NCBI GenBank assembly: GCA_964016885.1
Contig: OZ024742.1
Location: 178,746,001-178,810,000 of the forward strand
Length of the DNA stretch: 64,000 bases
From: Eledone cirrhosa
Lineage: Eukaryota
Direction of reading: 5' to 3'
The position numbers and the translations under genes were made by a program. Shown here one piece after another: positions 13,969 to 28,227 of this stretch (position 1 is the stretch's first letter; every line of letters starts with the position of its first letter). The notes under the pieces are model-generated. The model was not told the origin of the DNA and did not search any database. It saw nothing but the letters and a program-made list of their open reading frames with translations.

Positions 13969-14357
13969 TATACACATATGCATACAGGTACACATACATA
14001 TATGCACGCATCAGTTTAGCCGACGTTTATTATAACGCCTGCTTTGTTCGTTTGTTTGTCAACAAATCGAACAGCCTGAATTTATGCCATACGGTGTTAA
14101 GGCAACCACGTCACCTTTTTGTTCAACACTGACACAGGAACGATGTACTAGTTTCAAGCTTGTTAGCTATCATCAGCACCGTTACCCATCTGCCAGATAG
14201 TTGAACGTTCGAAAGTATATACTTTCCTTATGAAAATTAACGGCTGAGCAGCCTAATTTGCATATTGAGTGAGTTAAATCGGTCAGGCATACCGAAAACG
14301 ATAAGTTGAAAAAAAATGAAAACGAAATTTCATTTCTCATGAAATTTCGTTTTCATG
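13773..14357 (-). mobile_element. Non-coding HHR unit (about 528 bp, about 1.07 copies) with a short fold-back, in (TA)n
   Basis: 13773-13810 repeats directly at 14301-14339; 14340-14356 is an inverted copy of ATGAAAACGAAATTTCA; HHR inside. Confidence 0.75.
14140..14182 (-). ncRNA. Minimal type I hammerhead ribozyme motif
   Basis: Minus strand: ACGGTG-CTGATGA-T AGCT aaca AGCT T-GAAA-CTAG-TA-CATCGT. Confidence 0.88.
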
Positions 14358-14390
14358 TATATATATATATGTATATATATGTATATATAT

Positions 14391-14470
<80 letters not shown>

Positions 14471-14675
14471 ATACTTGGCGAGGGTCATATTTGTGTAATA
14501 TTGCCATGCCAGAATTAATAACAGAACACACTCACTGTTTGGTTGGTTTTCGCTTTTCGCTTCTGTGTCTTTTATATCGGTAATCTAATTTATTTGGTCC
14601 TCAATGTTGCCATTGACTGACCAACGGTCAAAAATACAGATACACTATAGACACAAACACATATATATATAGTTT

Positions 14676-14717
14676 ATCAAAGTTCTTTCGTTGCACATCT
14701 GCAACATCGTCAGTGGT
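14676..14717 (-). ncRNA. Hammerhead-like motif in a pLTR-like unit (14464-14730) related to 18780-19466
   Basis: Minus strand: ACCA-CTGACGA-T GTTGCA gatg TGCAAC-GAAA-GAAC-TT-TGAT; stem I has one mismatch. Confidence 0.6.
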
Positions 14718-14809
14718 GCTATTGTTTCCTCCCGTTGCATTGTATTTTCTACGCCATCTTTATTTAGTCTGTTTATATATTTATTTATTTGTTTATTTTA
14801 TTTTGTCTT

Positions 14810-14867
<58 letters not shown>

Positions 14868-15025
14868 ATAATTGATCTTGACTCTGTTTTCCGTTTATTT
14901 TTCACCGAAAGTAGTTTTTGAATGCATCTTCTCTTTTCATGATATCCGGATTACATTGAGTTCTTCATACGGATTGGACACTACCGTAAACTTTTGGTAG
15001 ATTTTTCTACATATATATATATATA

Positions 15026-17568
15026 TATGAATATAGACATAGAATATTCGAAAATATTCTGTATGTTTATAATAAACATTTTGAAGACCTAATCGCTATA
15101 GAATAGAATACGTCACGTATTACAATTAGATTCTCGATAAAAGCAAGGGAAGTAATCTACGCGTTTCATTCTTGTTAGAAATCATCAGGACTACATATCC
15201 AGTGCTTTTATCGAGAATGACACAGCTAGAGACTTATAGAATACTTAGCTGTGTACAGGAACTGGTTTGAAAGAGCGGTTGCCGGTCCGGCAGAAATTAG
15301 AAATTGGAATAAATGCTCTGAAATAGCGATATATATGTGAATATAGACATAGAATATTCGAAAATATTCTGTATGTTTATAATAAACATTTTGAAGACCT
15401 AATCGCTATAGAATAGAATACGTCACGTATTACAATTAGATTCTCGATAAAAGCAAGGGAAGTAATCTACGCGTTTCATTCTTGTTAGAAATCATCAGGA
15501 CTACATATCCAGTGCTTTTATCGAGAATGACACATGAAACGCGTAGATTACTTCCCTTGCTTTTATCGAGAATCTAATTGTAATACGTGACGTATTCTAT
15601 TCTATAGCGATTAGGTCTTCAAAATGTTTATTATAAACATACAGAATATTTTCGAATATTCTATGTCTATATTCACATATATATCGCTATTTCAGAGCAT
15701 TTATTCCAATTTCTAATTTCTGCCGGACCGGCAACCGCTCTTTCAAACCAGTTCCTGTACACAGCTAAGTATTCTATAAGTCTCTAGCTGTGTCATTCTC
15801 GATAAAAGCACTGGATATGTAGTCCTGATGATTTCTAACAAGAATGAAACGCGTAGATTACTTCCCTTGCTTTTATCGAGAATCTAATTGTAATACGTGA
15901 CGTATTCTATTCTATAGCGATTAGGTCTTCAAAATGTTTATTATAAACATACAGAATATTTTCGAATATTCTATGTCTATATTCACATATATATCGCTAT
16001 TTCAGAGCATTTATTCCAATTTCTAATTTCTGCCGGACCGGCAACCGCTCTTTCAAACCAGTTCCTGTACACAGCTAAGTATTCTATAAGTCTCTAGCTG
16101 TGTCATTCTCGATAAAAGCACTGGATATGTAGTCCTGATGATTTCTAACAAGAATGAAACGCGTAGATTACTTCCCTTGCTTTTATCGAGAATCTAATTG
16201 TAATACGTGACGTATTCTATTCTATAGCGATTAGGTCTTCAAAATGTTTATTATAAACATACAGAATATTTTCGAATATTCTATGTCTATATTCACATAT
16301 ATATCGCTATTTCAGAGCATTTATTCCAATTTCTAATTTCTGCCGGACCGGCAACCGCTCTTTCAAACCAGTTCCTGTACACAGCTAAGTATTCTATAAG
16401 TCTCTAGCTGTGTCATTCTCGATAAAAGCACTGGATATGTAGTCCTGATTATTTCTAACAAGAATGAAACGCGTAGATTACTTCCCTTGCTTTTATCGAG
16501 AATCTAATTGTAATACGTGACGTATTCTATTCTATAGCGATTAGGTCTTCAAAATGTTTATTATAAACATACAGAATATTTTCGAATATTCTATGTCTAT
16601 ATTCACATATATATCGCTATTTCAGAGCATTTATTCCAATTTCTAATTTCTGCCGGACCGGCAACCGCTCTTTCAAACCAGTTCCTGTACACAGCTAAGT
16701 ATTCTATAAGTCTCTAGCTGTGTCATTCTCGATAAAAGCACTGGATATGTAGTCCTGATGATTTCTAACAAGAATGAAACGCGTAGATTACTTCCCTTGC
16801 TTTTATCGAGAATCTAATTGTAATACGTGACGTATTCTATTCTATAGCGATTAGGTCTTCAAAATGTTTATTATAAACATACAGAATATTTTCGAATATT
16901 CTATGTCTATATTCACATATATATCGCTATTTCAGAGCATTTATTCCAATTTCTAATTTCTGCCGGACCGGCAACCGCTCTTTCAAACCAGTTCCTGTAC
17001 ACAGCTAAGTATTCTATAAGTCTCTAGCTGTGTCATTCTCGATAAAAGCACTGGATATGTAGTCCTGATGATTTCTAACAAGAATGAAACGCGTAGATTA
17101 CTTCCCTTGCTTTTATCGAGAATCTAATTGTAATACGTGACGTATTCTATTCTATAGCGATTAGGTCTTCAAAATGTTTATTATAAACATACAGAATATT
17201 TTCGAATATTCTATGTCTATATTCACATATATATCGCTATTTCAGAGCATTTATTCCAATTTCTAATTTCTGCCGGACCGGCAACCGCTCTTTCAAACCA
17301 GTTCCTGTACACAGCTAAGTATTCTATAAGTCTCTAGCTGTGTCATTCTCGATAAAAGCACTGGATATGTAGTCCTGATGATTTCTAACAAGAATGAAAC
17401 GCGTAGATTACTTCCCTTGCTTTTATCGAGAATCTAATTGTAATACGTGACCTATTCTATTCTATAGCGATTAGGTCTTCAAAATGTTTATTATAAACAT
17501 ACAGAATATTTTCGAATATTCTATGTCTATATTCACATATATATCGCTATTTCAGAGCATTTATTCCA

Positions 17569-17573
<5 letters not shown>
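15026..17573 (+). mobile_element. Retrozyme-like 310-bp tandem array: about 6.6 direct units (15534-17573) preceded by about 1.6 inverted units (15026-15534)
   Basis: GCGTAGATTA recurs at 15541, 15851, 16161, 16471, 16781, 17091 and 17401 (period 310); one HHR per unit; no ORF in the supplied track; (TA)n at both ends. Confidence 0.92.
15819..15861 (+). ncRNA. Minimal type I hammerhead ribozyme (further copies start at 16129, 16439, 16749, 17059, 17369; minus-strand copies at 15152-15194 and 15462-15504)
   Basis: GTAGTC-CTGATGA-T TTCT aaca AGAA T-GAAA-CGCG-TA-GATTAC; stem I is extended past an internal loop by the 16-bp helix ATTCTCGATAAAAGCA/TGCTTTTATCGAGAAT. Confidence 0.93.
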
Positions 17574-17651
<78 letters not shown>

Positions 17652-17824
17652 GTATATATATATATACACACATATATTATATATAGTATACATATAGCAT
17701 ATAAATATAGTATATATATATATGTGTGTGTGGTGTGTGCGTGTAAGTTGACGAGGTTATAGTGTCATTTATATTCTCGCTTGCCAACATTTCTTACTCC
17801 ACACACTCACACATACACACACAC

Positions 17825-17893
<69 letters not shown>

Positions 17894-18527
17894 AATACAC
17901 ACACATACACACACACTCACATATATATAAATCCCACACTTTACCAACATTGCTTGGTAAAGTGTGGGATTTTGAACACCCTGCAGAATAAGAAGCAAAA
18001 CCTGACAAATATTGGAGGAACTCGTGTGAGTCAACGGCCACCCTATAGTGTGTACATATGTATATGTTATATTGGTGTGTAAGTATGTATATGTTAAATT
18101 AAGAGCCCGCAGTACTGTAGTAGATTTCACTGGTTCGCACTGGATGGTCTCTTTTGGCGTGCCTGTGTGTCCCAGTTTCTGTTCAACATGCGACTCATCG
18201 AACTGATGACGCACAATATATGCTCATTCAAGCATTGTCTTTCTCAGCCTGGTGAAAAGCCACATACTTCACGAAGTGCCTCTGATATGGCTATCATAGG
18301 ATAATCTAGCTGAACAGATCAAATCTTGAGGAGTAAGCTTCGATAAAAATCCTCTTTGTCACATTAATTTAATTAGATGACCTCGGCCTCGGCGTCGGGA
18401 ACACCGGTGGCTTCGCAGATGATCGATTATTAATTCGACAATGACTTGACACAACTACAACAATTAGGGGGAAAAATCTTCGAGTATGCAGGTGTGGCGA
18501 GCTGCATATATTTTAGCCATTATATAT

Positions 18528-18714
18528 GCGGTGGATTGGCAGTATCGGTAGAGGGTCGGACGCCATGCTTTCCAGCATAGTTACGTCCCTTTACGATCTG
18601 AGTTCAAATCCCGCTGAGGTTGACTTTGCCTTTCATCCTTACGGGGTCGATAAAATAAAGTACCAGTAATGCACTGGGTAATTGCTGGCCTTGTGCCTAA
18701 AGTAGAAACAATTA
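18528..18714 (+). mobile_element. tRNA-derived SINE
   Basis: Almost identical to 35511-35695. Confidence 0.92.
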
Positions 18715-18779
18715 TTTATGTATACGATGGCTGCACTCCGCTGTCAAGAATTGCCATCATTTGATCCTTTTTTGCATAT

Positions 18780-19021
18780 GCTGCCGTGAAAAGAAATAAA
18801 TGTCCCTTTCGGCTATGGCACACAGAATGTGTGACGAAAGAGCTTTGACAATATATAAACAACCTTCCGGTTATCGAACGAACCAGCCAGCCAACCGGAA
18901 ACTTATAATATATTGAAGTGTGCGTGTGTTTTTATTTGCAGAATGATCCTCCCAAAGTATAACAATATCTGTTTCAACACACGTTTTCAGATAAGAAATC
19001 TCGCAAAACAAATTCAAAAAC

Positions 19022-19059
<38 letters not shown>

Positions 19060-19466
19060 TTTCTGAATTTGTTTAGCAAGATTCTTTATCTGAAATCGTG
19101 TGTTGAAACCGATATTGTTATACTTTGGGAGGGTCATGTTGCCAACAAGAAACACACGCACCAGTTGCTTTCACTTCAGTTTATTATATATTTATAAATT
19201 TACAAATTTATAAATTTATAAATTTCTGGTTGGTTGGTTGGTTGGTTCCACAACCAGATAGTTGTTTATATATAGTCATAGTCCTTTCGTCACACACTCT
19301 ATGACTATATATAAACAACTATCTGGTTGTGGAACCAACCAACCAACCAACCAGAAATTTATAAATTTATAAATTTGTAAATTTATAAATATATAATAAA
19401 CTGAAGTGAAAGCAACTGGTGCGTGTGTTTCCTGTTGGCAACATGACCCTCCCAAAGTATAACAAT
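18780..19466. mobile_element. Two related pLTR-like units tail-to-tail around (TA)n; the second (19057-19466) is a fold-back
   Basis: 18830-19022 is an imperfect inverted match to 19057-19296; about 19114-19281 and 19299-19466 are near-perfect inverted arms; HHR 3' halves read GTGTGAC-GAAA-GAGC-TT-TGAC and GTGTGAC-GAAA-GGAC-TA-TGAC. Confidence 0.75.
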
Positions 19467-19487
19467 ATATATATATATATATATATA

Positions 19488-19954
<467 letters not shown>

Positions 19955-19955
19955 G

Positions 19956-19986
<31 letters not shown>

Positions 19987-20119
19987 GTATATATATATAT
20001 GCATATTTATATATACCACAACTGAATACTAACCCATACAATCACTAATACTCTTTTATTCCTAATTAAACCATTTTTCAACTGTGAACAATTTGTCAGC
20101 ATTTTCTATTCCGTTTACC

Positions 20120-20212
<93 letters not shown>

Positions 20213-20213
20213 G

Positions 20214-20249
<36 letters not shown>

Positions 20250-20256
<7 letters not shown>

Positions 20257-22990
20257 GTGAGGTTTTTTTACAAAATGAAAAAAAACGTGTCCTACACGAG
20301 TGAAAGTAACAGGAAAAAAGATGAAATCGAAAATGCAGCTGGAGTCATTTTTTTAAAATATATTTATTTGGTTCCTTTACCAGTTTCGCAGTTCTTGTGC
20401 TTTTCAAAAGTAGAATTGAGATGGAGGGTTTGTGGTTTTTCTCACATCTGGTTGGTGTTCGAATGTTACTTCCGTTTTATATGGAAAAAAGTGGTTCGAA
20501 ATGCTAAGTTTTTAGAGAAGTAATTTGGTTGGTTGATGACTGTCATGTGAATAAGTATAATAAATTTCGCGCCAGTTCGCGTTACAAAGTTCTTATTATA
20601 TTTGCCTGAAAAAAAGGGGGGGAGAGCTCAGGTTGTTTTTTCATATAAGAGTGAAGTTTGGTTGGTTGATGTAGTCACGTGTATAAGCACATCATCTTTC
20701 GCGCCAGTTTGTGCTTGAATTTCTTTTTACTTTAAAAAAAGTGGCTCACGAAGGCTTTTTTTTTTATAAAATGTAATTTGATTGGTTATAAATGAAATTA
20801 TGACTGTCACGTGGACAAGTACATTAAATTTCGCGCCCGTATTTGGGAATTTTTTTGTAGCCATTTAGAGAATTTTGTGTCAAACAAAAGATAATGGTCA
20901 AGAAACACGGGATCGGGAGAATTGTACTGGTTCAGTGAGTATAGGAGGTGTGCTGGGGTGTCAAAATTCAGACTTTCTATTGAAATAAAGAAAGTAGAGA
21001 TATGTATGTTTATTTGTGTGCTGGTGTGTGTGTGTGTGTGTGTAGGAAGATGATTCTATTAGTAGAAATGGAGGAGGGAGTTGTGTGTGAGTGTGTATGG
21101 GTGTTATATGTGTGTGTGTATGTGTCTGGAGTATGGTTAGCATGTTAAGATGGAGAGAATATATATTTTGTGTGTGTGTAGGAAAATGATTCCGTTAGTA
21201 GAAATGGAGGAGGGGAGTTGTTATGTGTGTGGGTGGGGGTTGGTTGGTTGGTGGTGGTGGTGGTGGTGGTGGGTGGTGGTGGTGGTGGTGGTGGTGGTGG
21301 TGGTGGTGGGGTGGGGGTGGGAGGGGGGGGGGGTAAGGTGTTAGAGTATTAACGTATGTTTAGGTTTATTTAGCTCTGGTTTTTATTTTCGAAAATAGAA
21401 GGTGTTATGTGTGTGTGTATGTTTGGATGGTTAGCATGTTATGGTGTTGACAAAATGTATATTAAACCATATTTAATGCTGGTCTATATTTTTGAATAAA
21501 TATATTTTCTTTATTTATTCGTATTTGTTCTGTTGTATTTTCAGCGCAAAGATAAAATCGGAAGACTTGGAATTTGGGTGTCTTATTACTTGCGCATATG
21601 TCTAGATATGCACTGAGTGGTATCTGTCTTGTGGTAGGGTCTCGTAATTGTTGGCAATAATTGTCATTCTGTTTCAGAGTGTGCGTTTAGTTTGTCCTAT
21701 ATAATCTTCATTGCATCCTTTACATTTAATGGCATAAAGTAAATTTTTTGATGAGCAAGTGAAGTGATTTTCTACAGCAAAATTTTGTCCTGATTGAAAT
21801 GTATACATGTTGCCTTCAATGAGGTGAGTGCAGGTTCCACAATTAGAGCGACCACATTTTTTGACAGTTGGTTGCGAGTTTGTGGTAGGCAATTTGGCAT
21901 TGGTGAGTAATGTTTTTAGTGATTTCGGTTGTCTTTGCTTTTGATTATTTTGTGTGTTTCAAGGGCTTTTTTCATTCTTGGGTCTTGTTTCAATAGTGGG
22001 ATGTTCTTGTGAATAATGTTGTAAGCTTCCGCATTTCTTGGGTTTTGTATTGAGATATATGATAGAATATTGGACGTACCTTGAATTTGTTTCTGTTTTC
22101 GTAATTCATCAATGCCTATTCCTTTAGCCCTTTCTATTCCATTATTTATTAGTAATGGTGGGTACTGTCATTCGAGCAGAATTTCCTTTAATTCTTGAAG
22201 TCTTTTATTTCGCATTTCATAATTGTAGACAATTGTGCAAATTCTTCTTTCTAGGATAAAAGGGATGTTCATCTTCTTGTGCTTTGGATGGTTGGAGGTG
22301 AATAGCATGTATTGTTTGGAATCTGTTGGTTTGTAGTGTATGTCAGTTTCAATATTTGTGTCTTTTTTTTATGATTAAGATGTCCAGAAATGGGAGTTGA
22401 TGTTGACTGTATTCCATTGTGAATTGGATGTGGTTATTGATGCCGTTAATTAAATTTTTGAAATCATTTAGTTGGTCGAGTGTGGGAGACCAAAGAATGA
22501 GACAATCATCCAAGTAGCGTTTCCAATTCTCTGATAAATATTTGTGGAAGTTCAATCCTTACTTTGATTTGGACTGTTCATATATCTGGACTTCCAAGTA
22601 TGCCATGACTAAGTTGGCATAAGTTGGAGTGACTTTTCTACCCATCGTAGTCCTCGATATTTGCTTATAAGTTCTGCCATCGAAATAAAAAATGTTGTTC
22701 TGTAAAATAAATTTTAATCCCTCGGTGATGAAGCTTTTTTCTATTCTGTCAGGTATCTCATTGGGATATTTATCTATCCAGAATCCTATTGCTTGTAGTC
22801 CGTATTGGTGTGGGATCGTTGTGTAGAGATTCACTACATCGAAAGACACAATAATAGTGTCATTGTTGACATGTTTGGGGTGGGTGGGTGTTTAAGAGGT
22901 CCAGATCGTCTCTTACAAGGCTTTTCCCCTGTTGTTGTGTGGCCTTGTATAGAAGTTTGGTATGTGTTTGAGAATTGGGTTTAGTAGTAT
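20250..22990 (-). mobile_element. Decayed Penelope-like element (Neptune-like): RT and GIY-YIG, with a 3' non-coding region ending in (TA)n
   Basis: ORF pieces SFDVVNLYTTIP, YKQ..TTMG..PTYANL, RYLDD, LPFLD, CGRSNCGTC, LLYAIKCKGC..YIGQT; multiple stops and frameshifts. Confidence 0.9.
20375..20410 (-). ncRNA. Hammerhead-like motif with U3-A8 core variant in the 3' region of the Neptune-like element
   Basis: Minus strand: CTT-TTGAAAA-GCA caagaac TGC-GAAA-CTGG-TA-AAG; all stems short. Confidence 0.55.
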
Positions 22991-22997
22991 TTATATA

Positions 22998-23174
22998 TAG
23001 GAAAAGAGTCAGGACCCATGACGGCTGAGATCCGGCCGTTTCGGCAGCTAGATCCGAACCTGGTTCGAAACGGCCGGAGCTCAGCCGTCAGGGTCCTGAC
23101 TCTTTTCTTATTACCCACTCTACTACCCTAAGTATCGAGTACTCAGGTGCGTTTTGGTCTTACTACACCTCCTT

Positions 23175-23176
<2 letters not shown>
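22998..23176 (+). mobile_element. Fold-back pLTR-end insertion, family F (diverged member)
   Basis: About 43-bp inverted arms GAAAAGAGTCAGGACCC..CCGTTTCG / CGAAACGG..GGGTCCTGACTCTTTTC; tail ATTACCCACTCTACTACCCTAAGT shared with 36595 and 33904. Confidence 0.8.
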
Positions 23177-23256
<80 letters not shown>

Positions 23257-23635
23257 GAGGGTGTTTTTAGAAGGTTAGGTAAATATAGATAGATACTTAG
23301 ATAGACAGACAGACAGAGAGACTGTCTGACAGACAAATAGATAGTGAGGTAGATTATCAGTAACATTTCCCTATATTTTAGAAAGACAAAAGTCGAGACT
23401 GAGGCTTTACATACAACAATCGTTTTATCTTTAACGTTAACAACATTTGGAAGTAGCCAGAGACACGATAAAATATTCGGATATCGAAATCTAATTGAAG
23501 AAGTAGAAAGGAAAACAAAAAGAAAGGAAGAAAGCAAAGACGAAAGAAAATTAAGGACATGATGAGGGTGCGGTGTGGATGAATATGCGTTTGGTAGTAA
23601 GAGAATACATATATATATATATATATATATGTAAA

Positions 23636-23702
<67 letters not shown>

Positions 23703-24375
23703 GTATATATACATATATATATATATAGATATACATGTATATATATATACACAAAGGGAGAGAGTGAGAGTGAGAAAAAGAGAAAGAAAGAGATAAATAG
23801 ATAGATTGATTGGAAGAAAGAGAGAGAGAGAGTGAGAGAAAGAGAAAGAGAAAGAGAAAGAGAAAGAGAAAGAGAAAGAGAAAGAGAAAGAGAGAAATGC
23901 AAAACTTATTCTTAGATAGGTGGTTATATTTCTTGCAACAAAGTTCAGCAAATCAGTAAAAACAAAAGAAAGAAGACGAAAAGAAAGAAAGGAAAATAAA
24001 ACGAAAGAAAGAAATAAAGAAGGAAAACAGAAGCATGAGAAAGTATAAGATATCGACTATTCGAGCATAACAACTATAATGAGGTGTAAGATTGTATTCT
24101 CCTAGCAATGATCCTTCCGTGAACAACAGTATGTAGGCTTCAAAATCCAATATGTCCGCTGGGTAAGTAACGCTAGCTATATGTATTACCTATTGCCACA
24201 TCTATCAGCTAAATAGTTTAAAATTTGCCAACATATAGTCGGATATTTGTTGTAAAGGAATTGCTTTCATCTCCAATCGATCAGCTTTTCGTTAATATGT
24301 TCATCGACATTGTGGTTTCCTCACTTTAAGAAGTAATGCACTTAAACTCCAAGATATATACATACGGACACGGAC

Positions 24376-24482
<107 letters not shown>

Positions 24483-24636
24483 AATATATAGTGTATAGAG
24501 AAAGTTGTAGACAAGAGAAAACGAACGAACTAAAGCATTTATCTTCCAGAATACATACAGAATATAAATATATCCAACATGCAAGTATAAATAACTAAAT
24601 ATATACGTACATTGATACATACATACACACATATAT

Positions 24637-24797
<161 letters not shown>

Positions 24798-25192
24798 CAT
24801 ATTTGTGTATGTGTATGCGTGTGTGTGTAATTATATAATATATATAGCAAAAACGGAAAAAAAAACGAACAGGCAGGACTAACGAACAAAATCATCCCTG
24901 TTTCTCATCAGACTCCCTTGGGTAGTGAAATTTTGTGCATAAGGGTGGGATATAATGTTAATCCCAGATTGCACGGCCGCTTCTATAAGCCGCCGAAAAG
25001 ATGCATATCAGACGACACACCAACATAGAGAGAAACGAGAGCAAAATGAGTAGGTAAACAAATAATAAGAAACAGAACCAGTAATTTGTTGAAATGATAA
25101 CGCAGGACAGAGCGAAATATAGAAAGATCTTCCTTAAAAAAGTGAGTGTAGAACAAAGCAGTCAAAATGCATACAAATACATATCTGTATGA

Positions 25193-25308
<116 letters not shown>

Positions 25309-25479
25309 ATATATATATATATATATAATTATACACTCACACAGATACAAATGAGCTTTGACGTACCCTTTTAAAATGCGACCATTATTTTTGGAAGCCA
25401 TCTAAATACTTGTCGAGTGCTTTATATCAGTTATAAAAATATTTACTTGTTGTATCCCAACAATTTTAAATAGAACTTT

Positions 25480-25562
<83 letters not shown>

Positions 25563-25572
25563 TTATATATAA

Positions 25573-25695
<123 letters not shown>

Positions 25696-25709
25696 TATAT
25701 ATAAATATA

Positions 25710-26699
<990 letters not shown>

Positions 26700-27329
26700 T
26701 CATTGGTTAAGCAAAACAAGACCACAAATTTCACAAGGAAGACATTATTAAAAGATTGTCAACATATTTTAGTTTGATGTAAGGAATGTAGAGAATAATA
26801 TTAATAATAATAATGTCCGTTTACAATTGTTTCGCTACTCCATATAATATTTCTGCATCAAATGACTATATATCATTATTGATCTGGTTCAGTTGAAAAT
26901 AATTAACATATTTAAAGATGGAGCGGCTCCTCGGAACTTCAAAGGAATATAAATTAAAATAAGGAGAGAATGTTACATAATGTAATGTTCCATATATTGG
27001 TATTTCACTATGGTGTCCTGGGTGTATCAATTGTTAGCCATAATCAAGCAGTATATTTCTGTCGAGGCTGCATTGTGTGAGATTTGCCTATGGGTAACAA
27101 GATGGCCGCCAATGGACCTATTTACCTTACTAATTAGAGGGTGGTTTCAGAGGAAGTAACTCCTAGAGAGATTAGAAATTGTGGGTAGTTTATAGTTAAG
27201 TGCTAATTTTTTAATTTTTTAATTGAGAGACAATGTAGGAGAGGTAACTTATAATTATCTAAGTTAGTTATAGCTATTTAACTTATTAGCTAAATGACTA
27301 TGTTGGGTCAATTATTCTGTTGGCGAAGG

Positions 27330-27722
27330 AATTAGCCCTTCGATGTTGACAGCTAATAGTTACCTCCGTTCTATCGTTAATCGGTAGAGGTCGTGATAGA
27401 GTTATGTAATATGCTTCGGTAACACAGAGATCACAAGATTTTCTTCATCCATTGAAATGTTGGGACCTAGCTAAGATATCCCATGTTAGTGAGTGTTCAA
27501 TGTTGGTTAATTGAAGGTTTTTAATGAGCCGAGCTAGAGATGTCGAACATCTGTTGTTAAGGTCTCGGAAGGAAAAAGAGTGCGCGTTATAGCGTACCTT
27601 AAAAGGGTTAGAGCTAGACCCGATATAGGAGCTGGTATTCGAAGCAGTTTTAACCGTGCACCTGTAGACTATACTGGGTGTCAGGCAGTGTCCATTTAGT
27701 GGGCATGCATTAGGGTAACGGT
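27330..27722 (-). pseudogene. Second Naiad-like PLE GIY-YIG fragment (absent from the ORF track); 3' region extends to about 26700
   Basis: Manual translation: NACPLNGHCLTPSIVYRCTV..SYIGSSSNPFKVRYNAHSFSF..STSLA..W.IL..*RKSCDLCVTE..IN.RTEV..CQHR. Confidence 0.8.
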
Positions 27723-27754
27723 CGTTAGCCTAATTTATTTATATATAAATATAA

Positions 27755-27828
<74 letters not shown>

Positions 27829-28227
27829 TTACTTACTCTTGGTGCAGCAGATTTGAAAAAATTCCCGGTATAAGGTCAGCATTTCTTTGTTTATTTTTTA
27901 TATATGAATATTGATTGTTCCTTATATCTCATTCTGTTATTTTGCCCGATAAAATATCTGTGTGTGTCATCAAATGTTGTACACACATAGATATTTTTTC
28001 AATTCCCAATTGAGTTCTTAGCACGTGGCCTGAATTCCTTTCAGAGTTCATTGTCACGCGCATGTATTGTTTTTTGGCGGTAATTCGCTTCCTCATTTTT
28101 TGAATCAGTTCGAGCACTTCTTTCAGAACTGCTGGACTGGCTACCTGACAGATACCTCAGGCACAGAAAGTGATTATCGCTAAATGCTGATGTTGGTTAG
28201 ATTATCAATATTAGTGTTATTGGGGCA

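Noticed and set aside
15026-17573. CRISPR array or ordinary satellite interpretation of the 310-bp repeat
   Set aside because: No unique spacers and no cas genes; an HHR in every unit and the inverted arm plus tail favour a retroposed multimer.
18200-18262. CTGATGA at 18203 as a hammerhead core
   Set aside because: No convincing stems II and III or stem I partner.
18080-18480. Possible LTR-retrotransposon gag remnant or host exon
   Set aside because: More GC-balanced than the flanks, but no motif or splice pattern that I can support.
24860-24918. Minus-strand CTGATGA near 24905
   Set aside because: GAAA follows immediately with no stem II, and stem I cannot be closed.
27445-27447. In-frame TGA in the Naiad-like fragment as selenocysteine
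   Set aside because: It does not align with a conserved Cys (FNG*RKSCDLC), no SECIS was identified, and the copy is a truncated relic.
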